This document shows positions 8,367 through 17,637 of a stretch of DNA of 23,881 nt, one piece after another. The stretch is from NCBI GenBank assembly GCA_049599895.1, contig JBMYPC010000040.1:1-23881 (forward strand), written 5' to 3'. A program made the position numbers and the translations under genes. Under the pieces are notes generated by a model that had not been told where the DNA came from, did not search any database, and saw nothing but the letters and a program-made list of their open reading frames with translations. The DNA is from Bacteriovoracaceae bacterium (GTDB taxonomy: Bacteria; Bdellovibrionota; Bacteriovoracia; Bacteriovoracales; Bacteriovoracaceae). Within the stretch, counting starts at the first letter, position 1. Each line of letters starts with the position of its first letter.

Positions 8367-9491
8367 TCACTGAAAAAGATCTTTCATTTTATCAAAGAAA
8401 CCTTTTCCCATTGGGTTGCAATCGCTCTTGTCATCAAAGCCTGATAGCTTTTGAAAGATCTCTTTTTGCTCACTTGAAAGTTTCGTTGGGGTTTCAACGT
8501 GAATTGAAACGATCTGATCGCCCTTTCCGTGACCACCAAGTCTTTGAATCCCTTTTGAACGAAGACGCATTCTTTTACCAGATTGTGTTCCTTCAGGAAT
8601 TGTCAGCTCTACTTTTCCATCAAGTGTTGGAACATTGATGTTTGCTCCAAGAGCAGCCTGAGAAAAGCTAATGGGAACGATACAATGAACATCAAAGTCA
8701 TCTCTCGTAAAGAACTCATGGTCTTTCACTCGTGCAAGAACATAGAGATCACCATCTGGACCACCTTTAACTCCAGCGTCCCCTTCTCTTGAAAGTTTCA
8801 GTCTTTGACCGGTATTGATTCCACCTGGAACTTTAACTTCAAGTTTTACTTTCTTTTTTGTTCGTCCTTGCCCGTTACAAGTTCCACAAGGATCCTTGAT
8901 AATCTGTCCCGAGCCATGACATTTTGGACAAGCCGTAGCGACTGTAAAAAAGCCCTGCTGCCTTCGGATTTCTCCTACACCGTTACACATATCACAAGTC
9001 GTTGGACCAGAACCTGCTTTCGCTCCACTTCCATCACAAGTTTCACAAGTCACAAGTTTTTCAACACTGACTTCTTTCTCAACTCCAAAAGCAGCTTCTT
9101 CAAAAGAAAGATCCATCACAACTTGAAGATCATCACCTGGTCTTCCAGAAGATCTTCTTCTTCCACGTCCTCGACCACCGAGAAAGTCTCCAAAAATGTC
9201 CCCAAAAATATCGCCGAGATCAGAGAAGTCATTGAAACCTCCACCGCCAAAGCCACCACCTTGACCATCTACCCCAGCATGACCAAATTGATCATAGCGA
9301 GCTTTTTTCTCATCATTTAAAAGAACGTCAGCCGCTTCTGAAGCTTCTTTAAACTTAGTTTCCGCCTCTTGGTTATCAGGATTTCGGTCTGGGTGATATT
9401 TCATCGCAAGCTTTCGATAAGCTTTTTTGATGTCATCTCTACCTGCGCCTTTTTCGACTCCAAGTACCTCGTAATAATCTCTTTTTTGCAT
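8367..9491 (-). CDS. dnaJ: Molecular chaperone DnaJ
   Basis: J domain with HPD, G/F-rich linker, four CxxCxGxG repeats. Confidence 0.99.
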   Translation of the reverse strand: MQKRDYYEVLGVEKGAGRDDIKKAYRKLAMKYHPDRNPDNQEAETKFKEASEAADVLLNDEKKARYDQFGHAGVDGQGGGFGGGGFNDFSDLGDIFGDIFGDFLGGRGRGRRRSSGRPGDDLQVVMDLSFEEAAFGVEKEVSVEKLVTCETCDGSGAKAGSGPTTCDMCNGVGEIRRQQGFFTVATACPKCHGSGQIIKDPCGTCNGQGRTKKKVKLEVKVPGGINTGQRLKLSREGDAGVKGGPDGDLYVLARVKDHEFFTRDDFDVHCIVPISFSQAALGANINVPTLDGKVELTIPEGTQSGKRMRLRSKGIQRLGGHGKGDQIVSIHVETPTKLSSEQKEIFQKLSGFDDKSDCNPMGKGFFDKMKDLFQ

Positions 9492-9505
9492 GAACCACTT
9501 CTTTA

Positions 9506-9537
9506 TAAAATAAAGAAGGCCTTCCCAAGGGAAGGCC
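9506..9537 (-). terminator. Intrinsic terminator-like hairpin between dnaK and dnaJ
   Basis: Minus strand GGCCTTCC-CTTG-GGAAGGCC followed by TTCTTTATTTT. Confidence 0.75.
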
Positions 9538-9559
9538 CAAAAATTAAATTTCGTTGCTA

Positions 9560-11491
9560 TTAAACTTCTTTAAAGTCGGCATCGACAACATCATCGTCAT
9601 CTTTTTTTCCTGTATCAGAAGTATCGCCAGCTTGAGCTTCTGGTCCAGCCCCTGGTCCGCCAGGTTGAGCACCTGGTTGTCCACCCGCTTGTTGGTACAT
9701 TTCTGTTGCAATTTTATGAGAAACATTTTGAAGTCTTTCAGTTGCACCTTTAAGCTCATCAAGGCTTTGGCTTTCAAGTTTTGACTTCGCTTCTTCAATC
9801 GCTCCTTCAAGCTCTTTCTTTGCCTCTTCAGAAATTTTGTCTCCACCTTCTTCGATCATTTTTTCTGTACTTAAAATCATTCCATCAAGGTTGTTTCTTG
9901 TATCAACGATTTCACGTCTTGCTTTATCACCTTCTCTATTGGCTTCAGCTTCTTGAACCATTTTTTCAATTTCTTCTTCAGAAAGACCAGATCCCGCTGT
10001 AATTTTGATTTCTTGTTTTTGGCCTGTGGCCTTATCAACAGCAGAAACGTTTACAATTCCGTTAGCATCAATATCAAAAGTCACTTCAACTTGAGGAACC
10101 CCTCTTGGAGCTGGAGCAATCCCTGTTAGGTCAAACTTACCGAGAGTCTTGTTATCAGTCGCAAATTCTCTTTCACCCTGAAGTACGTGAATACTAACAG
10201 CAGGTTGATTGTCCTGAGCAGTTGAGAAAACTTGTGATTTCTTAACAGGAATCGTTGTGTTCTTTTCAATAATTCTTGTAAGAACTCCACCAAGAGTTTC
10301 GATACCAAGTGAAAGAGGAGTCACGTCAAGAAGAAGAACGTCTTTAACGTCTCCCGCTAAAACTCCACCTTGAATCGCTGCACCAGCGGCAACAACCTCA
10401 TCAGGGTTCACACCTTTACTTGCTTCTTTTCCAAAGATCTCTTTTACTTTTTCTTGAACCGCAGGAATACGAGTTGACCCACCAACAAGAATCACTTCAT
10501 GGATTTCATTACGATCAAGCCCAGAGTCATCAATACAAGTATTACAAGGAACTTCTAATCCTTTGATATGACTCGCAATAAGACTTTCAAATTTCGCTCT
10601 TGAAAGGTTTACATTTAAATGCTTCGGCCCAGACTGATCTGCCGTAATAAACGGAAGGTTCACATCTGTGCTTGTTACGTTTGAAAGCTCATGCTTTGCT
10701 TTTTCAGCCGCTTCTTTTAATCTTTGAAGGGCCATTTGATCACTTCTTAAATCAATTCCATTTTCTTTTTTGAATTCATCAGCAAGAAAATTAATGATTT
10801 CTTCATCAAAGTTTTCACCACCAAGGAATGTATCACCATTGGTTGCCTTAACTTCAAAAACCCCGTCACTTGTAATTTCAAGAATTGAGATATCAAAAGT
10901 ACCACCACCAAGATCGAAAACGGCAATGTTTTGATCCTTTTTAGACTCAAGTCCGTAAGCAAGAGCGGCTGCAGTTGGCTCGTTAATAATACGCTTAACC
11001 TCTAGGCCAGCAATTCGACCAGCGTCTTTTGTTGCTTGTCTTTGAGCATCGTTAAAATAAGCTGGAACTGTAATAACAGCTTCAGTAACTTTTTCGCCGA
11101 GATAGTCTTCAGCAGCACTTTTTAGTTTCTCTAAAACAATTGCTGAAATTTCCTGGGGAGACATTTCTTTGTCATCAACCTTTACCCATGCATCACCATT
11201 TTTATTGGCAAAAATATCAAAAGGAGCAACTTCAGCAAATTTCTTCGCTTCAGGAGCATCCGCTTTACGACCAATTAATCTTTTAATCCCAAAAAGAGTT
11301 TTGGTTGGATTTGTTACCGCTTGTCTTTTGGCCACTTGACCAACAAGCTTTTCTTCACTTTTTGCAAAGCCAATAACAGAAGGAGTTGTGTTATGACCTT
11401 CAGCATTTGCAATAATTTTGTACTTTCCGTTTTCAAGAACTGAAACACATGAGTTTGTTGTTCCTAAGTCGATTCCAATAATTTTTCCCAT
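9560..11491 (-). CDS. dnaK: Molecular chaperone DnaK (Hsp70)
   Basis: [43 protein letters not shown]-terminal DADFKEV; AAGGAG RBS. Confidence 0.99.
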   Translation of the reverse strand: MGKIIGIDLGTTNSCVSVLENGKYKIIANAEGHNTTPSVIGFAKSEEKLVGQVAKRQAVTNPTKTLFGIKRLIGRKADAPEAKKFAEVAPFDIFANKNGDAWVKVDDKEMSPQEISAIVLEKLKSAAEDYLGEKVTEAVITVPAYFNDAQRQATKDAGRIAGLEVKRIINEPTAAALAYGLESKKDQNIAVFDLGGGTFDISILEITSDGVFEVKATNGDTFLGGENFDEEIINFLADEFKKENGIDLRSDQMALQRLKEAAEKAKHELSNVTSTDVNLPFITADQSGPKHLNVNLSRAKFESLIASHIKGLEVPCNTCIDDSGLDRNEIHEVILVGGSTRIPAVQEKVKEIFGKEASKGVNPDEVVAAGAAIQGGVLAGDVKDVLLLDVTPLSLGIETLGGVLTRIIEKNTTIPVKKSQVFSTAQDNQPAVSIHVLQGEREFATDNKTLGKFDLTGIAPAPRGVPQVEVTFDIDANGIVNVSAVDKATGQKQEIKITAGSGLSEEEIEKMVQEAEANREGDKARREIVDTRNNLDGMILSTEKMIEEGGDKISEEAKKELEGAIEEAKSKLESQSLDELKGATERLQNVSHKIATEMYQQAGGQPGAQPGGPGAGPEAQAGDTSDTGKKDDDDVVDADFKEV

Positions 11492-11527
11492 TTTTTTCTC
11501 CTTATATAAATTCGTTTAATTTGTTTA

Positions 11528-12124
11528 CTAGTTCTTTGCCACAACAACTTTAGAGGCTCTTAGAAGTCGTCCGTTTAAAATATAACCTTTTTCAAATTCC
11601 ATAATAATTTCATTGTCAGCTTTTCCTTCAGCTGCTTGCTGGCTCATAGCCTCGTGAAAGTTTGGATCAAATTCTTTTCCAAGACATTCAATTGGCTCTA
11701 ATCCATTATCTTTAAGGACTCCCAAAAACTGATCGCGGACCATTTGAATTCCTACAACGATGTTTTTCATTTTTTCATCTTCGTCTTTTTCAAGTGCCGT
11801 GATGGTTCTTTCAAAGTTATCGACGACTTCAAGAAGTGAAGAGAGAATCTTTTCAGAACCATACTTAACGATTCCTTCTTTTTCTCTTTCAAATCTTCTT
11901 CGAAGATTTTCCATCTCTGCGGCGAGGTAATAATACTTTTCTTTAAAGTCCTCTTCCTCTTTTTCTTCAGTCTTTAGTTCTTCAGTCTTTAGTTCTTCAG
12001 TCTTTAGTTCTTCAGTCTTTAGTTCTTCAACATTGTCTGCCGTTTCTTCCGTCTCAGCCCCTGCTTTAACTTCTTCAGCTTTCTCTGCTTCTTCTTTTAC
12101 TTCTTCGTTCACTGTGTCCGACAT
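11528..12124 (-). CDS. grpE: Nucleotide exchange factor GrpE
   Basis: AEMENLRRR, LLEVVDNFER, FDPNFHEA, KGYILNGRLLRASKV. ATG 12124 has GAGG 8 nt upstream and is preferred over 12142. Confidence 0.97.
   Translation of the reverse strand: MSDTVNEEVKEEAEKAEEVKAGAETEETADNVEELKTEELKTEELKTEELKTEEKEEEDFKEKYYYLAAEMENLRRRFEREKEGIVKYGSEKILSSLLEVVDNFERTITALEKDEDEKMKNIVVGIQMVRDQFLGVLKDNGLEPIECLGKEFDPNFHEAMSQQAAEGKADNEIIMEFEKGYILNGRLLRASKVVVAKN
11963..12029. repeat. Perfect 15-bp coding tandem repeat (TTCTTCAGTCTTTAG) x4.5 in grpE
   Basis: Four exact copies plus 7 nt; encodes (EELKT)4-EE. Confidence 0.97.
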
Positions 12125-12161
12125 TTTTTTTTCCTCAAACATTAACGTTTATCTGGTTACA

Positions 12162-12188
12162 AGATGGGGGCGATTGAATCAGTGTCAA
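12162..12188 (-). promoter_or_regulatory. Putative RpoH (sigma32)-type heat-shock promoter
   Basis: Minus strand TTGACA-N13-CCCCATCT upstream of grpE; the -10 matches the CCCCATnT consensus. Confidence 0.7.
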
Positions 12189-12269
12189 CCAAGGCCCTAG
12201 AAAAAAATCAAAGGGAGATCAAACTTAGAACGTAATTAATACTTATATATTGTTTTTTCAATGGGATAG

Positions 12270-13385
12270 CTAGACCAGATTGGCCTTAAAAAGATCGTCC
12301 ATTAATGAGTCCATCATCAAAAAGCCTTTGGCGCTAAGCGCATCTCCCTCGAGATAGCCTTTGCGAACCCAGGAAGCCTTAATCGTAGCAAAAGCCTTTT
12401 TATCCTCTATAAGCTCTTCTATTTTCTCAAATTGATTAATTCTTAAATAAAGATAAACCTTTTCAAGAAGCTGCTCAGAATCTGAAAGTTCCTCTTTGAT
12501 ATATTCGGGCCTATTCACTTTCCATTTATAACGAAGTCCTGCTTCCGAAAAAAGTCCTGTCGCTGATGGGCCAATGGCAAGAACAGATTCAGACTGCCAA
12601 TACTTTAGATTGTGAAGTGATTCAAAACCAGGCTTAGCAAAGTTTGAAATTTCGTAATGATTAAACCCTGCATTTTTAAGATACTCAGAAACTTTAAGAT
12701 ATTCTTTTTCAATCCATTCATCGCTGGGAAGCCTATCTCTATAGGGATAACCCTCACCCACCTTGAGTATATACAGAGAGATGTGATTGGGATTGTGCTT
12801 TAAAAGCTCTTCAAGTTCCCCTTCAATATCTCGATCAACACGTTCTGAATCAGGAAGACCAAGCATGAGATCAAATGAATAATTAAGCTTTGAATCTTTT
12901 AATGTTTTTAAAGCCACGTATGATTCTTCAATTGAATGAACTCGATCCAATAACTTTAAAAGTTCGGGGTTTAAAGTTTGGATTCCTAAGGAAAAGCGAT
13001 TGGCGCCAAGATCTGTCCAAAACTTTAATGTCATTGGGGTTAAAGAATCGGGATTACATTCAACAGTAAACTCTTTGATTGTCGAGTTCTGATCCAAGTG
13101 AAACGCTCCAATACATTCATCGAGAATATCTCTTCCTCTTGAGTCTTTTGAGTTTTGCGCCCAAAGACTCGGGGTTCCACCACCAATAAACACTGTTTCA
13201 AGGGAACTAGTCTTGTATTTTAGTTGGTCTTTTAGACGAATTAACTCTATGAGAGAACTTTTTAAAAAGCTATAATACTCCTCATAACTCCGCGAATCGC
13301 TATCTTTGGTCTTATAAAAATCACAGTAATTGCAAAGATGTGCACAAAACGGAAAATGTAAATAAAGAGAAGATACCGTCTTCAA
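12270..13385 (-). CDS. hemW: Radical SAM heme chaperone HemW (HemN-like)
   Basis: LYLHFPFCAHLCNYCDF (CxxxCxxC), GGGTPS, HYEISNFAKPG..SLHNLKYW; TTG start with AAGGA RBS; typical position upstream of grpE-dnaK. Confidence 0.9.
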   Translation of the reverse strand: MKTVSSLYLHFPFCAHLCNYCDFYKTKDSDSRSYEEYYSFLKSSLIELIRLKDQLKYKTSSLETVFIGGGTPSLWAQNSKDSRGRDILDECIGAFHLDQNSTIKEFTVECNPDSLTPMTLKFWTDLGANRFSLGIQTLNPELLKLLDRVHSIEESYVALKTLKDSKLNYSFDLMLGLPDSERVDRDIEGELEELLKHNPNHISLYILKVGEGYPYRDRLPSDEWIEKEYLKVSEYLKNAGFNHYEISNFAKPGFESLHNLKYWQSESVLAIGPSATGLFSEAGLRYKWKVNRPEYIKEELSDSEQLLEKVYLYLRINQFEKIEELIEDKKAFATIKASWVRKGYLEGDALSAKGFLMMDSLMDDLFKANLV

Positions 13386-13410
13386 TTAATAAAGTCCTTG
13401 AGGAATATTT

Positions 13411-15972
13411 ATGCAAGTTAGCATTGAAAATCTTAGCAATCAACTAAAGCTCGTTTTCGTCGAAAGACCAGAGAGCACCTGTGGAACTGTCCAAGCTTGG
13501 TTTAACGCCGGATCTGCTCTTGAATCAAAAGATGATCATGGAGTCGCCCACTTCCTCGAGCACATGTTCTTTAAAGGAACTAAAAAAAGACCCGGGCATG
13601 CCATTGCTTATGAAGTGGAATCTATGGGAGCTGAAGTTAATGCTTTCACATCATTTGATTACACTTGTTATTATATCAACTCTCCAGGAGACAGTCTTCT
13701 TAAGTCATTAGAGATTCTTCTCGATATGATTTCGAATCCAAGTTTTCTTCAAAGTGAACTTGAGTCGGAAAAAGAAGTGGTCTTTGAAGAGTACCTAAGA
13801 TCTCAAGATAGTCCTAATCAATTTGCTTTTCAAAAGATTCAAAAGAACTTCTTTTCTAAAGGCTACTCTCATCCCATTCTTGGAAGTCAGAAACATATTA
13901 AGTCATTCAATAGAAAACAAATTGTTGAGTTTCGAAAGAAATTTTATAACTCTGGTAATACAACTCTTCTTATTGCAGGAAACTTTTCAAAAGCCAAAGT
14001 CTTAAACCTTGTCAAAAAGTTTAAATTCCCGAGAGGCAAAAGAAATGACTTTCCCGAGTTTAACTTAAAAAAGAAACCTTCAATCAATATCGAAAATAAA
14101 GATGTTGAAATGATTCAACTTGATCTCATTACAAAGGCCATGAACTTTACGACAGAGTCGGCAGCTGTCGAAGATCTCTCTTGGTCATGTCTAGGGGTTG
14201 GAGAAAGTTCTTATCTCTATAAGAATCTTGTTCAGAATCGCTCCCTTTGCAACAGTTCCAGCAGTTCGACTTTCTACTTTAAGAAAAATGGAATTCATCT
14301 CGTGCGTTTTAATCTTCCTAAAGAAAACCTTGAAAAGGTCTTAGAAGGATTGCCTGAACTATTCAATAACTTAAAAGAGAATGGGTTTGAAGCACAAGAT
14401 GTCGAAAGAATTCAAAATCAATTCATTGCCTCTAAAGTCTATGAAAAAGAATCTATGGAGCAATATGCGTTTTCTCTCGGACATTCACTGGTTCAATATG
14501 AAAGTTTAGAGGCTGAAGACAAGTTTATTGATGAAGCTCAGCAGGCCTCATTAAAGCAAGTCAACTCAATGATAAAAAAGCTCTTAGGACAAACTTTTCA
14601 TATCTCAGTTCTGCTTCCAGAAGGTCTTGATCAAAAAGACTTTAAGCCTCTTCTCGAAGGATTTTCTCAAAAACTCAATCTTCAAGAAAAATCAGAAAAG
14701 ACAATTAAAAGAAAAGCCAAGACCACTCGTTATGACTTAAAAGTTAAAACTACCCAGATCGTACCGGGTGTTCAGCTAATTCATCGTCAAAACACACTCA
14801 CTCCCACATTTATTTTTCACAGCTACCTTAAAGGTGGACTTTCTGACGAAGCTGACAAAAACGGAATTTATCATCTCCTTGCTTCAAACATTGTGAATGG
14901 TCATAGTGGCCTCAATGTTACTGAATATAAGAATATGATTGAAACTTATGCTGCTAGCCTTTCAGGGTTCTCTGGAAAAAATGCCTACGGTCTTACGATG
15001 CATGGGCAAACCAAGCATTTTGATGAACTTATGAATCACTTTAAAGGAACTTTCTTTAATCCGAACTTTGATCAGACCGTTTTTGAACATGAAAAAGAAT
15101 TAACGATCAGGCAAATTCAAGCACTGAAGAAAGAACCGACTCGAAGACTCTTTGGGCTTATTAATAAAAAGTTCTTTCCAGATCACGCTTACTCACAAGA
15201 TGTCCTTGGAACAGAAGAATCATTAAAGGATGTCACTGCTGATCATTTAAAACTTCTTCATGAACAAAACGTACAAACAAAAGAAATCGTTTTCACATAT
15301 GGAGGTCCCCACAGTTTTGAAGAGATTTGTCATTTTCTTGATGAACATTTTAAGGAACTCAAACCAAGAGAGAAAAAATCTTATAAGCCATTTGAGATTG
15401 AAGATTATGCCAAAAGCCTTTCATTTCTAGAAATGGATAGAGAACAAACCCATCTCTTCACTGGCTTTCCCACCCAGCACCTCGCCGATAAAAAGAATCT
15501 TTATCTTAAAATTTTAAGCGCTTACCTCTCAGGACAATCATCTCCCGTGTTTGTAAAGCTGAGAGATGAAATGGGGCTTTGTTACACAGTCCAACCTATC
15601 AACTTCTCTGCTCTTGAAGCAGGGTACTGGGGCTTTTATATGGGTACCAGTAACGACAAGCTCGAAGTTGCTCATTTAGAACTTCAAAAGATTATTGGAG
15701 AAGTCTTTCAAAAAGGTCTCAGCAAAAAAGAATTTGAAAGAGTGAAAAGAAGTATTTCTGGTCAGGCCCTACTTGCCCTTCAAACCAACGAAGATTATGC
15801 AAACACTTATTCAATACCTTTTCTTCACGGGCTTGGGATTGAATATTTTTATAAAGAGCAAAACCAGATCGATTCAATGACGGTTGAAAAATTTAATCAA
15901 CAGATTAAGAAGTTCTCAAAGTTTGAACTTTCAAGTTTTGTGGTTGGTCCAAAGAATTTAAAAGAAACTTAA
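13411..15972 (+). CDS. M16 family zinc peptidase, fused double-length form
   Basis: HFLEH (HxxEH), NAFTSFDYTCY, EKEVVFEE; second half lacks HxxEH but has LRDEMGLCY; no signal peptide; GAGGA RBS. Confidence 0.93.
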   Translation: MQVSIENLSNQLKLVFVERPESTCGTVQAWFNAGSALESKDDHGVAHFLEHMFFKGTKKRPGHAIAYEVESMGAEVNAFTSFDYTCYYINSPGDSLLKSLEILLDMISNPSFLQSELESEKEVVFEEYLRSQDSPNQFAFQKIQKNFFSKGYSHPILGSQKHIKSFNRKQIVEFRKKFYNSGNTTLLIAGNFSKAKVLNLVKKFKFPRGKRNDFPEFNLKKKPSINIENKDVEMIQLDLITKAMNFTTESAAVEDLSWSCLGVGESSYLYKNLVQNRSLCNSSSSSTFYFKKNGIHLVRFNLPKENLEKVLEGLPELFNNLKENGFEAQDVERIQNQFIASKVYEKESMEQYAFSLGHSLVQYESLEAEDKFIDEAQQASLKQVNSMIKKLLGQTFHISVLLPEGLDQKDFKPLLEGFSQKLNLQEKSEKTIKRKAKTTRYDLKVKTTQIVPGVQLIHRQNTLTPTFIFHSYLKGGLSDEADKNGIYHLLASNIVNGHSGLNVTEYKNMIETYAASLSGFSGKNAYGLTMHGQTKHFDELMNHFKGTFFNPNFDQTVFEHEKELTIRQIQALKKEPTRRLFGLINKKFFPDHAYSQDVLGTEESLKDVTADHLKLLHEQNVQTKEIVFTYGGPHSFEEICHFLDEHFKELKPREKKSYKPFEIEDYAKSLSFLEMDREQTHLFTGFPTQHLADKKNLYLKILSAYLSGQSSPVFVKLRDEMGLCYTVQPINFSALEAGYWGFYMGTSNDKLEVAHLELQKIIGEVFQKGLSKKEFERVKRSISGQALLALQTNEDYANTYSIPFLHGLGIEYFYKEQNQIDSMTVEKFNQQIKKFSKFELSSFVVGPKNLKET

Positions 15973-16520
15973 GACTTCGAATTTCCCACAAGTAAAATTG
16001 TTCCCTCTTCAAATTGGTTTTGAAAATGTGAAGAGACGATTCCCATAAGACTCATCATGGATTCAAATGATTTTGAAACCTTTGAGAAAAACTGAGGAAT
16101 GTCGTAAGCTTCAGGAACAAGTGAGTCGAGATGAGAATAAGCCGTTTTACCAACACTTGTATAATAACTAGTATCGACAAACTTTCTTCCAATAGAGTCA
16201 CTAAAGTAGCCACAGAGAATAAGTGCTGTATCACCTATTTCTTTTAGTTCATTTTTTTTCTTCTTCCCTTTAAATCGCCCAGACTCTAAAAGCTTCATTC
16301 CAAGAAGCTTCTCTTTCACTCTCCCTTCATCATCTTCTTCAAAGTAATTTGCTGAAGCTCCATACTTATCCATCACAAGGCTTGAATAATAAACCATCTC
16401 TCCTGGAATCGGAGTCACTGATTTTTGATTTAGCTCGTGAAGTTGGTCAAAGAAAAATGCTTGAAGACTGTGTTCGAATAGAATTGGCGAATGTTCAGGA
16501 TTATCTTGATTGCGATCCAT
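15969..16520 (-). CDS. Conserved hypothetical helical protein
   Basis: 183 aa; LKEIGDTALILCGYFSDS...VDTSYY..VG..AY resembles an uncharacterised family I recall but cannot name; AGGGGG RBS. Confidence 0.82.
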   Translation of the reverse strand: MDRNQDNPEHSPILFEHSLQAFFFDQLHELNQKSVTPIPGEMVYYSSLVMDKYGASANYFEEDDEGRVKEKLLGMKLLESGRFKGKKKKNELKEIGDTALILCGYFSDSIGRKFVDTSYYTSVGKTAYSHLDSLVPEAYDIPQFFSKVSKSFESMMSLMGIVSSHFQNQFEEGTILLVGNSKS

Positions 16521-16755
16521 TCAATAAACCCCCTTCTCTTAATTTTATCAAACCTTATGATTTCAACCAAATAGGGCGGGTTTTTCCTCGTTTTAAGGGC
16601 TTGTTGGCTTCAAATGTGCCAAAAATTACTGTTTTCACTTAATAATTTTAATAATTTAGAGAAATTCACTTGAACTGTTTGAATTTCAGACGTCTTTATA
16701 CTCTTTTTCATCTTTGATAGATAAGTTTCCATAAATTTTATATTCATCTCCTACT

Positions 16756-17400
16756 ATGAAAACTTTTTTAGCAACTTTATTTCTTGTTTCTGTATTTATT
16801 GAGGTTCACGCCTACACTCACACGCCCATGAAAAGACCAGGTGAAACTGATATTAGATCCGGTAGGCTTCTCACTTACTATCCAGTTGCCTGTCGTAAAA
16901 AGTCTCAGGAAGATTCATGGCATAAAAGATGGTTAACTGATTGGGTTCGAGAACATCAAAGAGAAGATAGTGCTGAAGCCATTAGGCTTTGAGATCCTCA
17001 AGTTTCTTTAAGTGAAAAAGGGATGATTCTTTTAAAGCAAGGTTAACTCTTGCAGACTGTCGAACTCATCAAAACAAACCCCTATGGCCAAGATCAAGAC
17101 CTTTGGGCAAAACTTGAAAAAGGCAGAAGTCATAAAATGCCTCTTCGCTTTTATATTGGTGTTCCCGATGATCAGCCTTACGATCTTCGCTATAGAAGAT
17201 TTGAATACTATGAAAGCGCATCGAGACGAGGAAAATTCCACAATGATGCTCTTATTAGTGTCCTTGACTTTGACTACGATCTTTTTAAACCTCACATTGC
17301 AATCCAGTTCAAAATCAAGCTTGTAAAAGATGACCGAACCGGTGAAAAAGTCCTCAAACTCGTTGAGCAGTCCACGTCATTGCATGGGTTTAACGATTAA
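16756..17400 (+). pseudogene. Probable secreted-protein gene interrupted by two in-frame stops
   Basis: Track ORFs 16756-16992 and 17050-17400 are in one frame, separated by TGA 16990-16992, 17 sense codons, TAA 17044-17046 and one more codon. Signal peptide ending VHA on the first piece. Confidence 0.6.
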
Positions 17401-17637
17401 TTCTTACATCTAAGTCCTATCTTACCCTAGTGGAGCAAAATGCCACCTTACACGGCTACTAGCGCCAAATAAAACGGTCTAACCCTTTTAAAATTCATTA
17501 TAGTTTTTACATATTAAGGCGATCATTCTTACATCTTCTCTACAGAGAAACCATTTGCTAACAAAACCCCTAGACTTTTAGCGGTGCGTTTCATATGAAT
17601 AGACCTCGAAAAACTTTTATCTAAAGGAATTAGTATT

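Noticed and set aside
8805..9320. 171-aa plus-strand ORF antisense to dnaJ
   Set aside because: Ser/Thr/Phe-rich shadow of a conserved gene, with a non-ATG start and no RBS.
11963..12029. Tandem repeat as a CRISPR array
   Set aside because: No spacers, 15-bp unit, in-frame inside grpE, and no cas genes.
16349..16642. This and the other short 60-130 aa track ORFs overlapping assigned genes
   Set aside because: Antisense or out-of-frame shadows with no motifs or RBS support.
16610..16747. 45-aa minus-strand ORF (MNIKFMETYLSK...) next to AGGAG
   Set aside because: The AGGAG abuts the first ATG with no spacer and is 15 nt from the next; composition looks like AT-rich intergenic DNA.
16990..17046. 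Stop-codon reassignment or selenocysteine readthrough
   Set aside because: TGA ends dnaJ and TAA ends many genes here; two different stops would need readthrough; no SECIS-like hairpin noticed.
17084..17326. 80-aa hydrophobic ORF resembling a membrane protein
   Set aside because: Alternative frame of the 17050-17400 segment; shifted frames in AT-rich genes often look hydrophobic.
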